A stretch of 54,318 nucleotides of DNA, taken from contig JBBSIF010000001.1 in the NCBI GenBank assembly GCA_038232255.1, positions 1 to 54,318 on the forward strand, written 5' to 3'. This DNA comes from Propionibacteriales bacterium (GTDB lineage Bacteria; Actinomycetota; Actinomycetes; Propionibacteriales; Nocardioidaceae). Positions within the stretch are counted from its first letter, which is position 1. The number at the start of each line of letters is the position of its first letter. The translations under genes and the position numbers were made by a program. A model generated the notes under the pieces. It was not told the origin of the DNA and did not search any database. It worked only from the letters and a program-made list of their open reading frames with translations. This document shows, piece after piece, positions 26,807-34,351 of the stretch.

Positions 26807-29800
26807 TCAGCCACCTGCGCTGCCCGGGCTCGAGTGCCACAGCTTGCGCGGCGCCGTCTTGGTGTCCTCGCCGGCCGGCCGGATGTCGGCGTACGGCGAC
26901 TGCCGGAACCCACTGGGATGTACGAGGACTCGCTGCGGGCGGGCCTCGCCGATCCCCGGCGGCTGGTCCGCGAAACCCGGCGGCTGGTCCGCGGAACCCA
27001 GCGGCACCGTTGCGAGGATGTCGCGGACGCCCGCCATCCCGTCGCGCTGCCATCCGGCGTACAGGTCAGGAAGCTCCCAGCAGCCGGTGGCGCGCATCGA
27101 CACTCCCCTCGGCCCCGTGCGCCGCAGCACTCCGCGCACGACGAGCAGCCAGGAGTGGAAGATCGTGGCCGCGTAGGGGCCCTGCACGTCCTCGAAGAAC
27201 GTGGCGTCGACCGGTCCGGTGCCGTCGTCGAGGGTCAGGAAGACCACCCGCCGCCCGGACCGCACCGGCGGGGTCTGGGTGGCCACCTTGACCCCGGCAA
27301 CCAGCACCTCCGACGAGTTGCGCCGGCTCAGCAGGTCGCGCGACCGGGTGACAGCGAGCTCGGCGAGCATCGGGGCGTAGAAGTCCATCGCGTGGTGACT
27401 GACGTCGAGGCCCAGCACCTCGAGCTCCGCCCGAACCCGCTCCGCGCCCGTCATCTCCGGCAGCCCGGACGGCTCGGCGAGCGCAGGGACGTCGTCGAGG
27501 TCGAGGGTGAGCTGGACGGCGGTCACCGGCTCCACCGGGAGCGGGCCCTGCGACTGCGCCGCCGCCAGCAGCCGCGGATCATGCGATCCGGCGCGGCTCC
27601 CCGCCCGACCGCCGTCGAACCGTCCGCCGTCGGCCCAGCCGGCGGTGCTGCCCTCCCCCAGGCTCTGCCCCCGAGAGGCGGTCGCGGCAGCCCGCGGAGT
27701 CCGTGCCGAGCGGGGCGACGCCGCGCGGACCGCCCGGTCGGTGGCGCGGGTCCACCGGTCCAGCTCGACCACCTGCAGCAGCAGGTCGCGGCGGGTGACG
27801 GTGCCCCGTCGTCGTACCGGCACCGACGACCCGATGCCGTAGAGCGCGTCGAGCGCACCGGCCAGCACGAGCCGCTCCGCGACCGGGCGCGAGATCCGCG
27901 CGCGCTGCCACAGGTCGGTCAGCGAGCAGAAGGGCCGGGCGGCTCGGATCCGGGCGACCTCGGCGGCGCTGATCCCCTTGACCTCGTCGAGCGCCAGCCG
28001 GATGCCGTACGACGGACCTTCCGCTGCCGCCGTCGGAGCCTCGTCGAGCCGCTCCACCCGGTAGACGTCGTCGGAGACGTTGACGTCGAGCGGCAGCACG
28101 GCGATCCCGAAGTGGCGCGCGTCGTCGAGGATCAGCCGCTTGGGGTACATGCCTGGGTCGAAGGTGAGCACACCGGCGAGGAACGCGGCGGGGTGGTGCG
28201 CCTTCAGCCACGCCGACTGGAACGTCGGCAGCGCGAAGGCGGCGGCGTGGGCCTTGCAGAAGCCGAACGACGCGAACGCCTCCAGCACCTCCCACACCCG
28301 CGAGACGATGTCGAGCGGATAGCCGCGAGCGAGGGCACGCGGGAAGAACCAGGTCCGGACGTCGTCCTTGGCCTCGCGGTCGCCGAGCGCCCGTCGTACC
28401 TCGTCGCCCTCCGCGCGGCTGCACCCGGCGACGATCGCGATCATCTCGATGACCTGCTCGTGGAACACCACGACGCCGTAGGTCTGCTCGAGCACCGGCT
28501 CGAGGTCGGGATGCAGGTACTCCGCCGGCGACCAGCCGTGCCGCACCCGCAGGAACGGGTTGATCATGTCGCTCTTGACCGGCCCCGGGCGAAACAGCGA
28601 GATGTCGATGATGAGGTCCTCGAACGCCCGCGGTCCGAACTTGCCGACGAGCTCGCGCTGCCCGGGCGACTCGATCTGGAAGCAGCCGAGCGTCTTCGTG
28701 CTCTGGATCAGCGCGTACGTAGCGGGGTCGTCGCGTGGCACCTGGGACTCGTCGTCGAGGTCGATGACGGGCCCGTCGACCCGCGCTACCTCCGCGACGG
28801 CGTGCGCCATCGCCGACTGCATCCGGATGCCGAGCACGTCGAGCTTCAGCAGCCCGAGGTCCTCGACGTCCTCCTTGTCGAACTGGCTCATCGGGTAGCC
28901 GAGGAAGCTCGCCTCCACCGGGGTGCGGTCCAGCAGCGTGGCGTCGGAGAGCAGCACGCCGCACGGGTGCATCGCGATGTGCCGCGGCAGCCCGTCGAGC
29001 TTCTCCACGAGCGTGAAGAGCAGGTCGAGGCGGGCCTCCCCGAGGGTGATGCCGCGCAGCTCCGGGAGCTCGCGCATCGCGGCGCGCGCGTCACGGGCCC
29101 GGATGTGCGGGAACGCCTTGGCTACCTGGTCGATCTCCCCCGGCGGCATGCTCAGTGCTGCCCCGACGTCACGGATCGCGTGCCGCACCCGGTAGGTGTC
29201 CATCATCGAGACGCAGGCGCAGCGCTCCCCGCCGTACCGCTCGAGGATCGCCTCGTAGATGTCGAGGCGGCGGGCGGACTCCACGTCGACGTCGATGTCG
29301 GGCAGCGTCTGCCGCAGCGGGGACAGGAACCGCTCCATCAGCAGGCCGTAGCGCAGCGGGTCGACGCCGGACACGCCGAGCAGGTAGGTGACCAGGCTGC
29401 CCGCACCCGACCCGCGCGCCGCCGCCCGCACCCCTCTCTCCCGGACCAGGTCGACGACGTCGGCGACGGTGAGGAAGTAGGTGGCGTACCCGAGTCCGGC
29501 GATCACCCCGAGCTCGTCGTCGAGGCGCTCCTGTACGGCGGTCAGGTCGGCGCCCGACCCGTACCGCCGGCCGATTCCCGCCTCGCAGCGCGCCCGCAGC
29601 ACCGCGTCCCCGGACGTCTGGCGACCGGCGGCCCCCAAGCCGGGAACGCCGGCCAGCCCGGTGATATCGAGCTCCGGGAAGTGCACCTCGCCGATGCCGA
29701 GGTCGGCGCGCGGGTCGAGCGCGCACCGGTCGGCGACGGCGCGGGTGCCGGCGAGCAGCCGCTCCGCCTCCCTGGTGCCGAGACCGGCGAACCGACAGAT

Positions 29801-30691
29801 CTCGTCGGCGATGTCGGCCATCTCCTTGCCGGTCTTCAAGAACCCCTCGGCGTTGGCGCGGTCGACGTGGCGCAGGTCGAGCGGGACCAGCCGCCGGGCA
29901 GCGTCGAGGACGTCGACCACCGGGGCGTCGGCGCGATCGACGTAGCGGACCTCGTTGGTCAGCACCAGCTGACAACCGGCCGAGACGGCGACGCCGGCCA
30001 TCCGCGCGGCGTGCGGGCTGGACCCCGGCCCGACGCCGGACCGCCGGTGCGAGACCACCTCGACGACCAGGTTCGTGCGCTCGGTCACGTCGTACCAGTC
30101 GCGCAGCACCGCCCGCACCAGATCGTCGCGGCGCAGCGCCGCCGCCCAGCCGAGCTCGGAGGAGGGGCCGAGCAGCACGAGCAGGTCGGTGCCGGAGCCC
30201 AGTCCCGCCAGGTGGTCGGCGATGAGGCTCCGAGTGGCGACCGGCACGCCGCGCTCCCCCCGCAGATGGGTCGCCGACACCAGCCGGCACAGCGCCGCCC
30301 AGCCTGCCTTGCTGCCGGCCAGCAGCGTGACCCGGGGACGAGCCCGGTCGGCGTCGAGGTACGACCCGCCGCGAGCGGGCGTCCGCCCGGACGGCCGCGG
30401 AAAAGTCTCGGATCGTCGGGCGGTAAGTCTCGGATAGTCGGGCGGTAAGTCTCGGATGGTCGGGAGAAGGCCGGACGGCTCGATCGCCAGCTCGACGCCG
30501 AGGATCGGCCGGATGCCGTTCGCCGAGCAGGCCTTCGCGAACCGGACGGCGCCGTAGACCCCGTCGCGGTCGGTGAGGGCGAGTGCGTCCATCTCAGCCT
30601 CGGCCGCCCGCTCCACCAGCGAGCGCGGATGCGCGGCGCCGTACCGCAACGAGTAGCCCGACGCGACGTGCAGGTGGACGAACGGGTCCAT
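26807..30691 (-). CDS. dnaE2: Error-prone DNA polymerase III alpha-type subunit DnaE2 (ImuC)
   Basis: PHP-domain N-terminus (MDPFVHLHVASGYSLRYGA...LALTDRDGVYGAVRF), a Pol IIIalpha core (FLTVADVV, PDIDVDVES, GLLKLDVLGIRMQS, FRPGP) and an OB-fold region. The gene lies downstream of a perfect LexA box. The upstream 150 codons of the track ORF belong to another frame context. Confidence 0.88.
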   Translation of the reverse strand: MDPFVHLHVASGYSLRYGAAHPRSLVERAAEAEMDALALTDRDGVYGAVRFAKACSANGIRPILGVELAIEPSGLLPTIRDLPPDYPRLTARRSETFPRPSGRTPARGGSYLDADRARPRVTLLAGSKAGWAALCRLVSATHLRGERGVPVATRSLIADHLAGLGSGTDLLVLLGPSSELGWAAALRRDDLVRAVLRDWYDVTERTNLVVEVVSHRRSGVGPGSSPHAARMAGVAVSAGCQLVLTNEVRYVDRADAPVVDVLDAARRLVPLDLRHVDRANAEGFLKTGKEMADIADEICRFAGLGTREAERLLAGTRAVADRCALDPRADLGIGEVHFPELDITGLAGVPGLGAAGRQTSGDAVLRARCEAGIGRRYGSGADLTAVQERLDDELGVIAGLGYATYFLTVADVVDLVRERGVRAAARGSGAGSLVTYLLGVSGVDPLRYGLLMERFLSPLRQTLPDIDVDVESARRLDIYEAILERYGGERCACVSMMDTYRVRHAIRDVGAALSMPPGEIDQVAKAFPHIRARDARAAMRELPELRGITLGEARLDLLFTLVEKLDGLPRHIAMHPCGVLLSDATLLDRTPVEASFLGYPMSQFDKEDVEDLGLLKLDVLGIRMQSAMAHAVAEVARVDGPVIDLDDESQVPRDDPATYALIQSTKTLGCFQIESPGQRELVGKFGPRAFEDLIIDISLFRPGPVKSDMINPFLRVRHGWSPAEYLHPDLEPVLEQTYGVVVFHEQVIEMIAIVAGCSRAEGDEVRRALGDREAKDDVRTWFFPRALARGYPLDIVSRVWEVLEAFASFGFCKAHAAAFALPTFQSAWLKAHHPAAFLAGVLTFDPGMYPKRLILDDARHFGIAVLPLDVNVSDDVYRVERLDEAPTAAAEGPSYGIRLALDEVKGISAAEVARIRAARPFCSLTDLWQRARISRPVAERLVLAGALDALYGIGSSVPVRRRGTVTRRDLLLQVVELDRWTRATDRAVRAASPRSARTPRAAATASRGQSLGEGSTAGWADGGRFDGGRAGSRAGSHDPRLLAAAQSQGPLPVEPVTAVQLTLDLDDVPALAEPSGLPEMTGAERVRAELEVLGLDVSHHAMDFYAPMLAELAVTRSRDLLSRRNSSEVLVAGVKVATQTPPVRSGRRVVFLTLDDGTGPVDATFFEDVQGPYAATIFHSWLLVVRGVLRRTGPRGVSMRATGCWELPDLYAGWQRDGMAGVRDILATVPLGSADQPPGFADQPPGIGEARPQRVLVHPSGFRQSPYADIRPAGEDTKTAPRKLWHSSPGSAGG
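26955..26996. repeat. 21-bp in-frame tandem duplication in the dnaE2 C-terminal tail
   Basis: Copies are CCCGGCGGCTGGTCCGCGAAA and CCCGGCGGCTGGTCCGCGGAA, followed by a partial third unit. They encode ADQPPGF-ADQPPGI. Confidence 0.85.
30403..30468 (-). repeat. 22-bp tandem repeat, 3 copies, inside dnaE2 (locus B)
   Basis: Plus-strand copies are AAGTCTCGGATCGTCGGGCGGT, AAGTCTCGGATAGTCGGGCGGT and AAGTCTCGGATGGTCGGGAGAA. The reverse complement carries the same ACCAT-CCGAGACTT-nCCGCC core as locus A. 3 x 22 = 66 nt, so the reading frame is kept. Confidence 0.9.
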
Positions 30692-31098
30692 CAGTCGACA
30701 CACCCGACGAGCAGCCACTGCCCGTCGCTCCAGTCGAAGGACAGGTCGAAGACGCCGGCGGACGACGCCGCGCCGCGCCCTGCCTCGACGCGCCACACCT
30801 CCCGCTCGGCGAGCAGGTCGCGCGTGTCGTCGCAGTCCCACCAGGCGCCGGTGCGCACCCAGTGGGCGATGATCTCGCGGACCACCCACAGCCTGCCCCG
30901 CCAGACGAACTGCTCGGGGGCGTCGAGACCGGCGACCAGCCCGCGGCGGACGTCGATCGGGTCGCCGTACTGACGCATCGCGATCACCTTCGAAGACCTG
31001 AGGGCAGCCGGCAGCCCGGGTGGACAGCCGTTGGGAAGCACACCGGCGAGCTCTGAACCGAGCGGCGGAGCCGGGACGGGAACGGGGGTCGAAGCCAT
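30691..31098 (-). CDS. Hypothetical protein translationally coupled to dnaE2
   Basis: Its TGA shares one base with the dnaE2 ATG (TGATG). The Trp/Arg-rich C-terminal module is FVWRGRLWVVREIIAHWVRTGAWW...EVWRVEAG...GVFDLSFDW..WLLVG. I took the ATG at 31098, which lies downstream of the LexA box. A shorter product starting at MRQYGD is possible. The track start at 31218 would place the promoter and SOS box inside the ORF. Confidence 0.6.
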   Translation of the reverse strand: MASTPVPVPAPPLGSELAGVLPNGCPPGLPAALRSSKVIAMRQYGDPIDVRRGLVAGLDAPEQFVWRGRLWVVREIIAHWVRTGAWWDCDDTRDLLAEREVWRVEAGRGAASSAGVFDLSFDWSDGQWLLVGCVD

Positions 31099-31154
31099 CC
31101 CCGCCACGGCGATCCGCCTGTCGAGCGAGCCATGGTGCGCTGCCCACTCAGTGA

Positions 31155-31170
31155 TCGAACACGTGTTCGA
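31155..31170 (-). promoter_or_regulatory. LexA (SOS) box
   Basis: TCGAACACGTGTTCGA is a perfect match to the actinobacterial/Gram-positive SOS palindrome TCGAAC-N4-GTTCGA. It lies 57 nt upstream of the small-ORF ATG. Confidence 0.82.
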
Positions 31171-31179
31171 ACTCTTCTT

Positions 31180-31209
31180 AGTTAACCCCGCCCGGCGCGC
31201 CTCCGTCAA
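31180..31209 (-). promoter_or_regulatory. Candidate sigma-70-type promoter of the small ORF-dnaE2 operon
   Basis: On the minus strand, TTGACG (31209-31204), an 18-nt spacer and TTAACT (31185-31180). The LexA box starts 9 nt downstream of the -10 element. Confidence 0.45.
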
Positions 31210-31230
31210 CCCCCTCATCCGAACACCCGG

Positions 31231-31273
31231 TAACCCGCGAATCGGGGCTGCCTTGCCGCTCGTTCGCGGGTTA
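31231..31273. repeat. Perfect 11-bp inverted repeat in the dnaE2-operon / ybaK-like divergent region
   Basis: TAACCCGCGAA (31231-31241), 21 nt, then TTCGCGGGTTA (31263-31273). It lies 64 nt upstream of the ybaK-like ATG. Confidence 0.5.
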
Positions 31274-31336
31274 GCAGGTGTCCGGTCGCAGCAGGGGCCG
31301 CGCCGCCGCAGCCCTTCGCCTAGCTAGAGTCGCCGG

Positions 31337-31828
31337 ATGCCGGACAACCAGCCGCCGTCCCTGCGCCATCCGAGCATCGACTCCGTCGCCACGGCGCTGC
31401 GGCAGCGAGGCGCCACCGGCTCGGTCCGGGTCCTGCCGGATGCCGCGCGCACCGCACAGCAGGCCGCCGACGCGCTCGGCTGCGAGGTCGGCGCGATCGC
31501 GAACTCGCTGGTGTTCGACGCAGCCGGCTCCCCCCTGCTGATCCTCACCTCAGGTGCCCACCGCGTCGACACCGCGCTCGTCGGGCGCACCCTCGGTGTC
31601 CGGGCCGTGCGCCGGGCCAGCGCGGAGCTCGTCCGCGCCGCCACCGGGCAGGTCATCGGCGGTGTCGCACCGGTCGGCCATCCCGCGCCGCTGCCGACGT
31701 ACCTGGACCGGGCTCTTGCCGTCTACCCGGTGATCTGGGCAGCCGCGGGCCACGCGCATGCAGTCTTCGACACGTCGTACGACGAGCTGAGAGCTCTCAC
31801 GGGAGCAACCGAGATCGAGGTCTGCTGA
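31337..31828 (+). CDS. YbaK/EbsC-family aminoacyl-tRNA trans-editing (deacylase) domain protein
   Basis: 163-aa ORF with TAQQAADALGCEVGAIANSLVF, ILTSGAHRVD and GGVAPVGHP motifs typical of YbaK/ProX-type domains. Confidence 0.85.
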   Translation: MPDNQPPSLRHPSIDSVATALRQRGATGSVRVLPDAARTAQQAADALGCEVGAIANSLVFDAAGSPLLILTSGAHRVDTALVGRTLGVRAVRRASAELVRAATGQVIGGVAPVGHPAPLPTYLDRALAVYPVIWAAAGHAHAVFDTSYDELRALTGATEIEVC

Positions 31829-31901
31829 ACAGCAGGATCCTTCCGCGGGCGCCTTCGGCGGGCGCAAACCATCTGCACCGACCCACCGCCCCCGTGCGAC
31901 G

Positions 31902-32471
31902 ATGGCAGCAGAACACACCTTCCGAAACGACGGAGCAGCACCTGTGGACGACGAGCCGAGTTGGCAGCGGCAGCTGGTGATCGGGCTCTGCGCACTCCTC
32001 GCGATCGCCGTCCTCGTCGGAGGGATCCTCGCGCTGATTGCTGTCCGGGCCGCGGACTACGTCGGGATCGGGGACACCTCCTCGAGCTCCGACCCCGCCC
32101 TGGTCATCCCGACCGCCAACCCGCCCAGCCAGACGCCTGCTCCGGCCCCGACCACGACGCCGCCGACCTCGGCGCCGACCTCGAGACCGCCGCCCAAGCA
32201 CCTCATCGCGTTGGTCGCGAGTCCTCGGACCGCCGGCAGCTTCGAGCGGGTCAACCTCACGGGCCGCTACCCCGGCAGCGACGGCGCGACCCTGCAGGTG
32301 CAACGCAGCCTCGGCAGCGGTCCGTGGAGCGACTTCCCGACCACGACGACCGTCCAGAGCGGCACGTTCGCCACCTACATCCAGACATCCATGGTCGGCG
32401 TCAACCACTTCCGGATGGTCGACGAGGCGACCGGCAAGACGTCGAACCCGGTGACGGTGACCATCGGGTGA
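31902..32471 (+). CDS. Hypothetical membrane-anchored protein (TM helix, Pro/Thr linker, beta-rich C-terminal domain)
   Basis: TM helix LVIGLCALLAIAVLVGGILALIAV, linker PPSQTPAPAPTTTPPTSAPTSRPPP and a roughly 90-aa C-terminal domain. Third-position GC is high. I did not recognise a family. Confidence 0.65.
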   Translation: MAAEHTFRNDGAAPVDDEPSWQRQLVIGLCALLAIAVLVGGILALIAVRAADYVGIGDTSSSSDPALVIPTANPPSQTPAPAPTTTPPTSAPTSRPPPKHLIALVASPRTAGSFERVNLTGRYPGSDGATLQVQRSLGSGPWSDFPTTTTVQSGTFATYIQTSMVGVNHFRMVDEATGKTSNPVTVTIG

Positions 32472-32717
32472 GCCTGCCCACGTCTCGCGCGACGGTTACG
32501 GCTGGGACGTCGCACCGCCGGCCGTCCGCCTCCCGGCAGTGCTGCGCGACCTGTTCCGCAAGACCGGACGACTCTTCGAACGCTACGTCGACACCGCTCG
32601 CGGGGTTGTACTGCCTGGCACCGGTCTGGTGCTCGGCCGTCGACGCCGTACGTCACCTGGCAGGCGCCCACCTCGCCGACGCCGTCGGCAAGGCCTGAGG
32701 CGCAGGGTCCTAGGCGA

Positions 32718-33023
32718 TCAGCGGCGCGGGCCGTCGTTGTCGTCGTAGTAGTCCCGGCTGCCTGCCTTGGCGATGCCGCGAGCGATCATGTAGCCGATCG
32801 TGAGATAGGTGATCAGGCGAAGCGCATCCTGGGCGCTGACCGGGTCCGGGCCACCGTTGCCGTCATCGCCGATGACGAGCGCTGTGATGACGACGGCGAC
32901 GACGGCTGCGACGTACATGTACAGCTCGGTCGTCTTCGTCGAGGCTTTGGTCTCGGTGCTGATGCGGCGGACCGGGCCACCGTCGTAGTCCGAACGGTTG
33001 TTGCCGCCTGTGGATGTGCTCAT
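32718..33023 (-). CDS. Small hypothetical membrane protein (101 aa)
   Basis: The ATG at 33023 is preceded by GGAGCAGGAG. The protein has two hydrophobic helices (LYMYVAAVVAVVITALVIG, LITYLTIGYMIARGIA). The longer track ORF lacks an RBS. Confidence 0.6.
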   Translation of the reverse strand: MSTSTGGNNRSDYDGGPVRRISTETKASTKTTELYMYVAAVVAVVITALVIGDDGNGGPDPVSAQDALRLITYLTIGYMIARGIAKAGSRDYYDDNDGPRR

Positions 33024-33201
33024 GGGAAACTCCTGCTCCTGTGCGGTGGCCGACTGCGGCCGTGGCAAAGGGGCACGCTGTTGAACCCCGAGGTCCTGCA
33101 GGCTAGACGCTAGCGGCTCCTGGCCCGTGAGCCAAACCGTGGCGGCATCCCGACCGCCGAGTCCTTCGGGCCGCGCCGGTCGGGTGGTTAGTCTCGACAA
33201 C

Positions 33202-34302
33202 GTGTCGGAATCCCCATCGGGCGAGCCCACGGGGCGCGATCCCATCCCTGAGGGGTTCAAGGGCGCGATCACCCAGATCCTTGAGGCGTTCCTCGCCCGC
33301 CAGCACCAGAAGCTCGCGCCGCTCGGAGCCGACCTCGACTCCCTGTTCGACGCGGCTCACCGGGCCCTCGAGGGCGGCAAGCGGCTGCGGCCGGCGTTCG
33401 CGTACTGGGGCTGGCGCGCCGCCGGCGGGCCGGTCGCGAAGACGCAGTCGCTGCTGTATGCCGCAGCGGCGATCGAGCTGGTCCACGCGAGTGCGCTCAC
33501 GCACGACGACGTGATGGATGCCTCGCAGACGAGGCGCGGCGGGCCGTCAGCCCACCGGGCGTTCGCCGCCCTGGCCGGCGGGAGCATCGACGACGCGCGC
33601 GCCGCCGTCTTCGGCATGAGCGCAGCGATCCTGCTGGGCGACATCCTGCTTTCCTGGTCCGACGAGCTGATGCGTGACTCCGGGTTCCGGCCCAAGGCCA
33701 TCGACCGGGGCCAGGTGTACTTCGACCGGCTGCGCAGCGAGGTGGTCGCGGGTCAATACCTCGACGTCCTGTCGCAGACGAAGCGACGTACCAGCGGGGC
33801 CGACGCGATGAAGGTCCTGCTCTACAAGTCCGCCAAGTACACCGTCGAGCGTCCGCTCCAGCTGGGCGCGGCTCTCGGCAAGGCCAGCCCCCAGCTGCTT
33901 GCCGCCCTCTCGTCGTACGGCGTCCCGCTCGGGGAGGCCTTCCAGCTGCGCGACGACGTCCTCGGCGTGTTCGGTGACCCGATCGTGACGGGCAAGCCGA
34001 GCGGGGACGACATCCGGGAGGGCAAGCGCACGCTGCTGATGGCCCGGGCGTTCGACAAGTCCAATCCCGGTCAGCGCGGCGTGCTCGACGCCTCCTCCGG
34101 CAACCCCCGGCTGAGCGCGGACGGGATCGCCGCCGTCCAGCAGATCCTCCGCGACACGGGCGCCTTGGCCGCCGTCGAGACCGTCATCGCCGAGCTCACA
34201 TCGGCGGCCCTGCTGGCCTTGCGACACGCTCCGATCCCGGAGGTTGAGGCGGTGACGGCGCTCGAGACGCTGAGCGAGATGGTGACGAAGCGGTCGCTGT
34301 GA
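33202..34302 (+). CDS. Polyprenyl (geranylgeranyl) diphosphate synthase family protein
   Basis: First DDxxD-type motif LTHDDVMD and second motif FQLRDDVLGVFGD. The start is uncertain, with in-frame GTGs at 33127, 33139 and 33202. I chose 33202 on expected protein length. Confidence 0.87.
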   Translation: MSESPSGEPTGRDPIPEGFKGAITQILEAFLARQHQKLAPLGADLDSLFDAAHRALEGGKRLRPAFAYWGWRAAGGPVAKTQSLLYAAAAIELVHASALTHDDVMDASQTRRGGPSAHRAFAALAGGSIDDARAAVFGMSAAILLGDILLSWSDELMRDSGFRPKAIDRGQVYFDRLRSEVVAGQYLDVLSQTKRRTSGADAMKVLLYKSAKYTVERPLQLGAALGKASPQLLAALSSYGVPLGEAFQLRDDVLGVFGDPIVTGKPSGDDIREGKRTLLMARAFDKSNPGQRGVLDASSGNPRLSADGIAAVQQILRDTGALAAVETVIAELTSAALLALRHAPIPEVEAVTALETLSEMVTKRSL

Positions 34303-34351
34303 CGACGCGACTCGGCTTCGGGCCCCCTGCCGGGTCGGCTCCCGGGCCAGC

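Noticed and set aside
24472-30468. The 22-bp direct repeats as a CRISPR array.
   Set aside because: The units are directly abutting with no spacers. There are only 2-3 copies, no cas genes, and one array lies inside a coding sequence.
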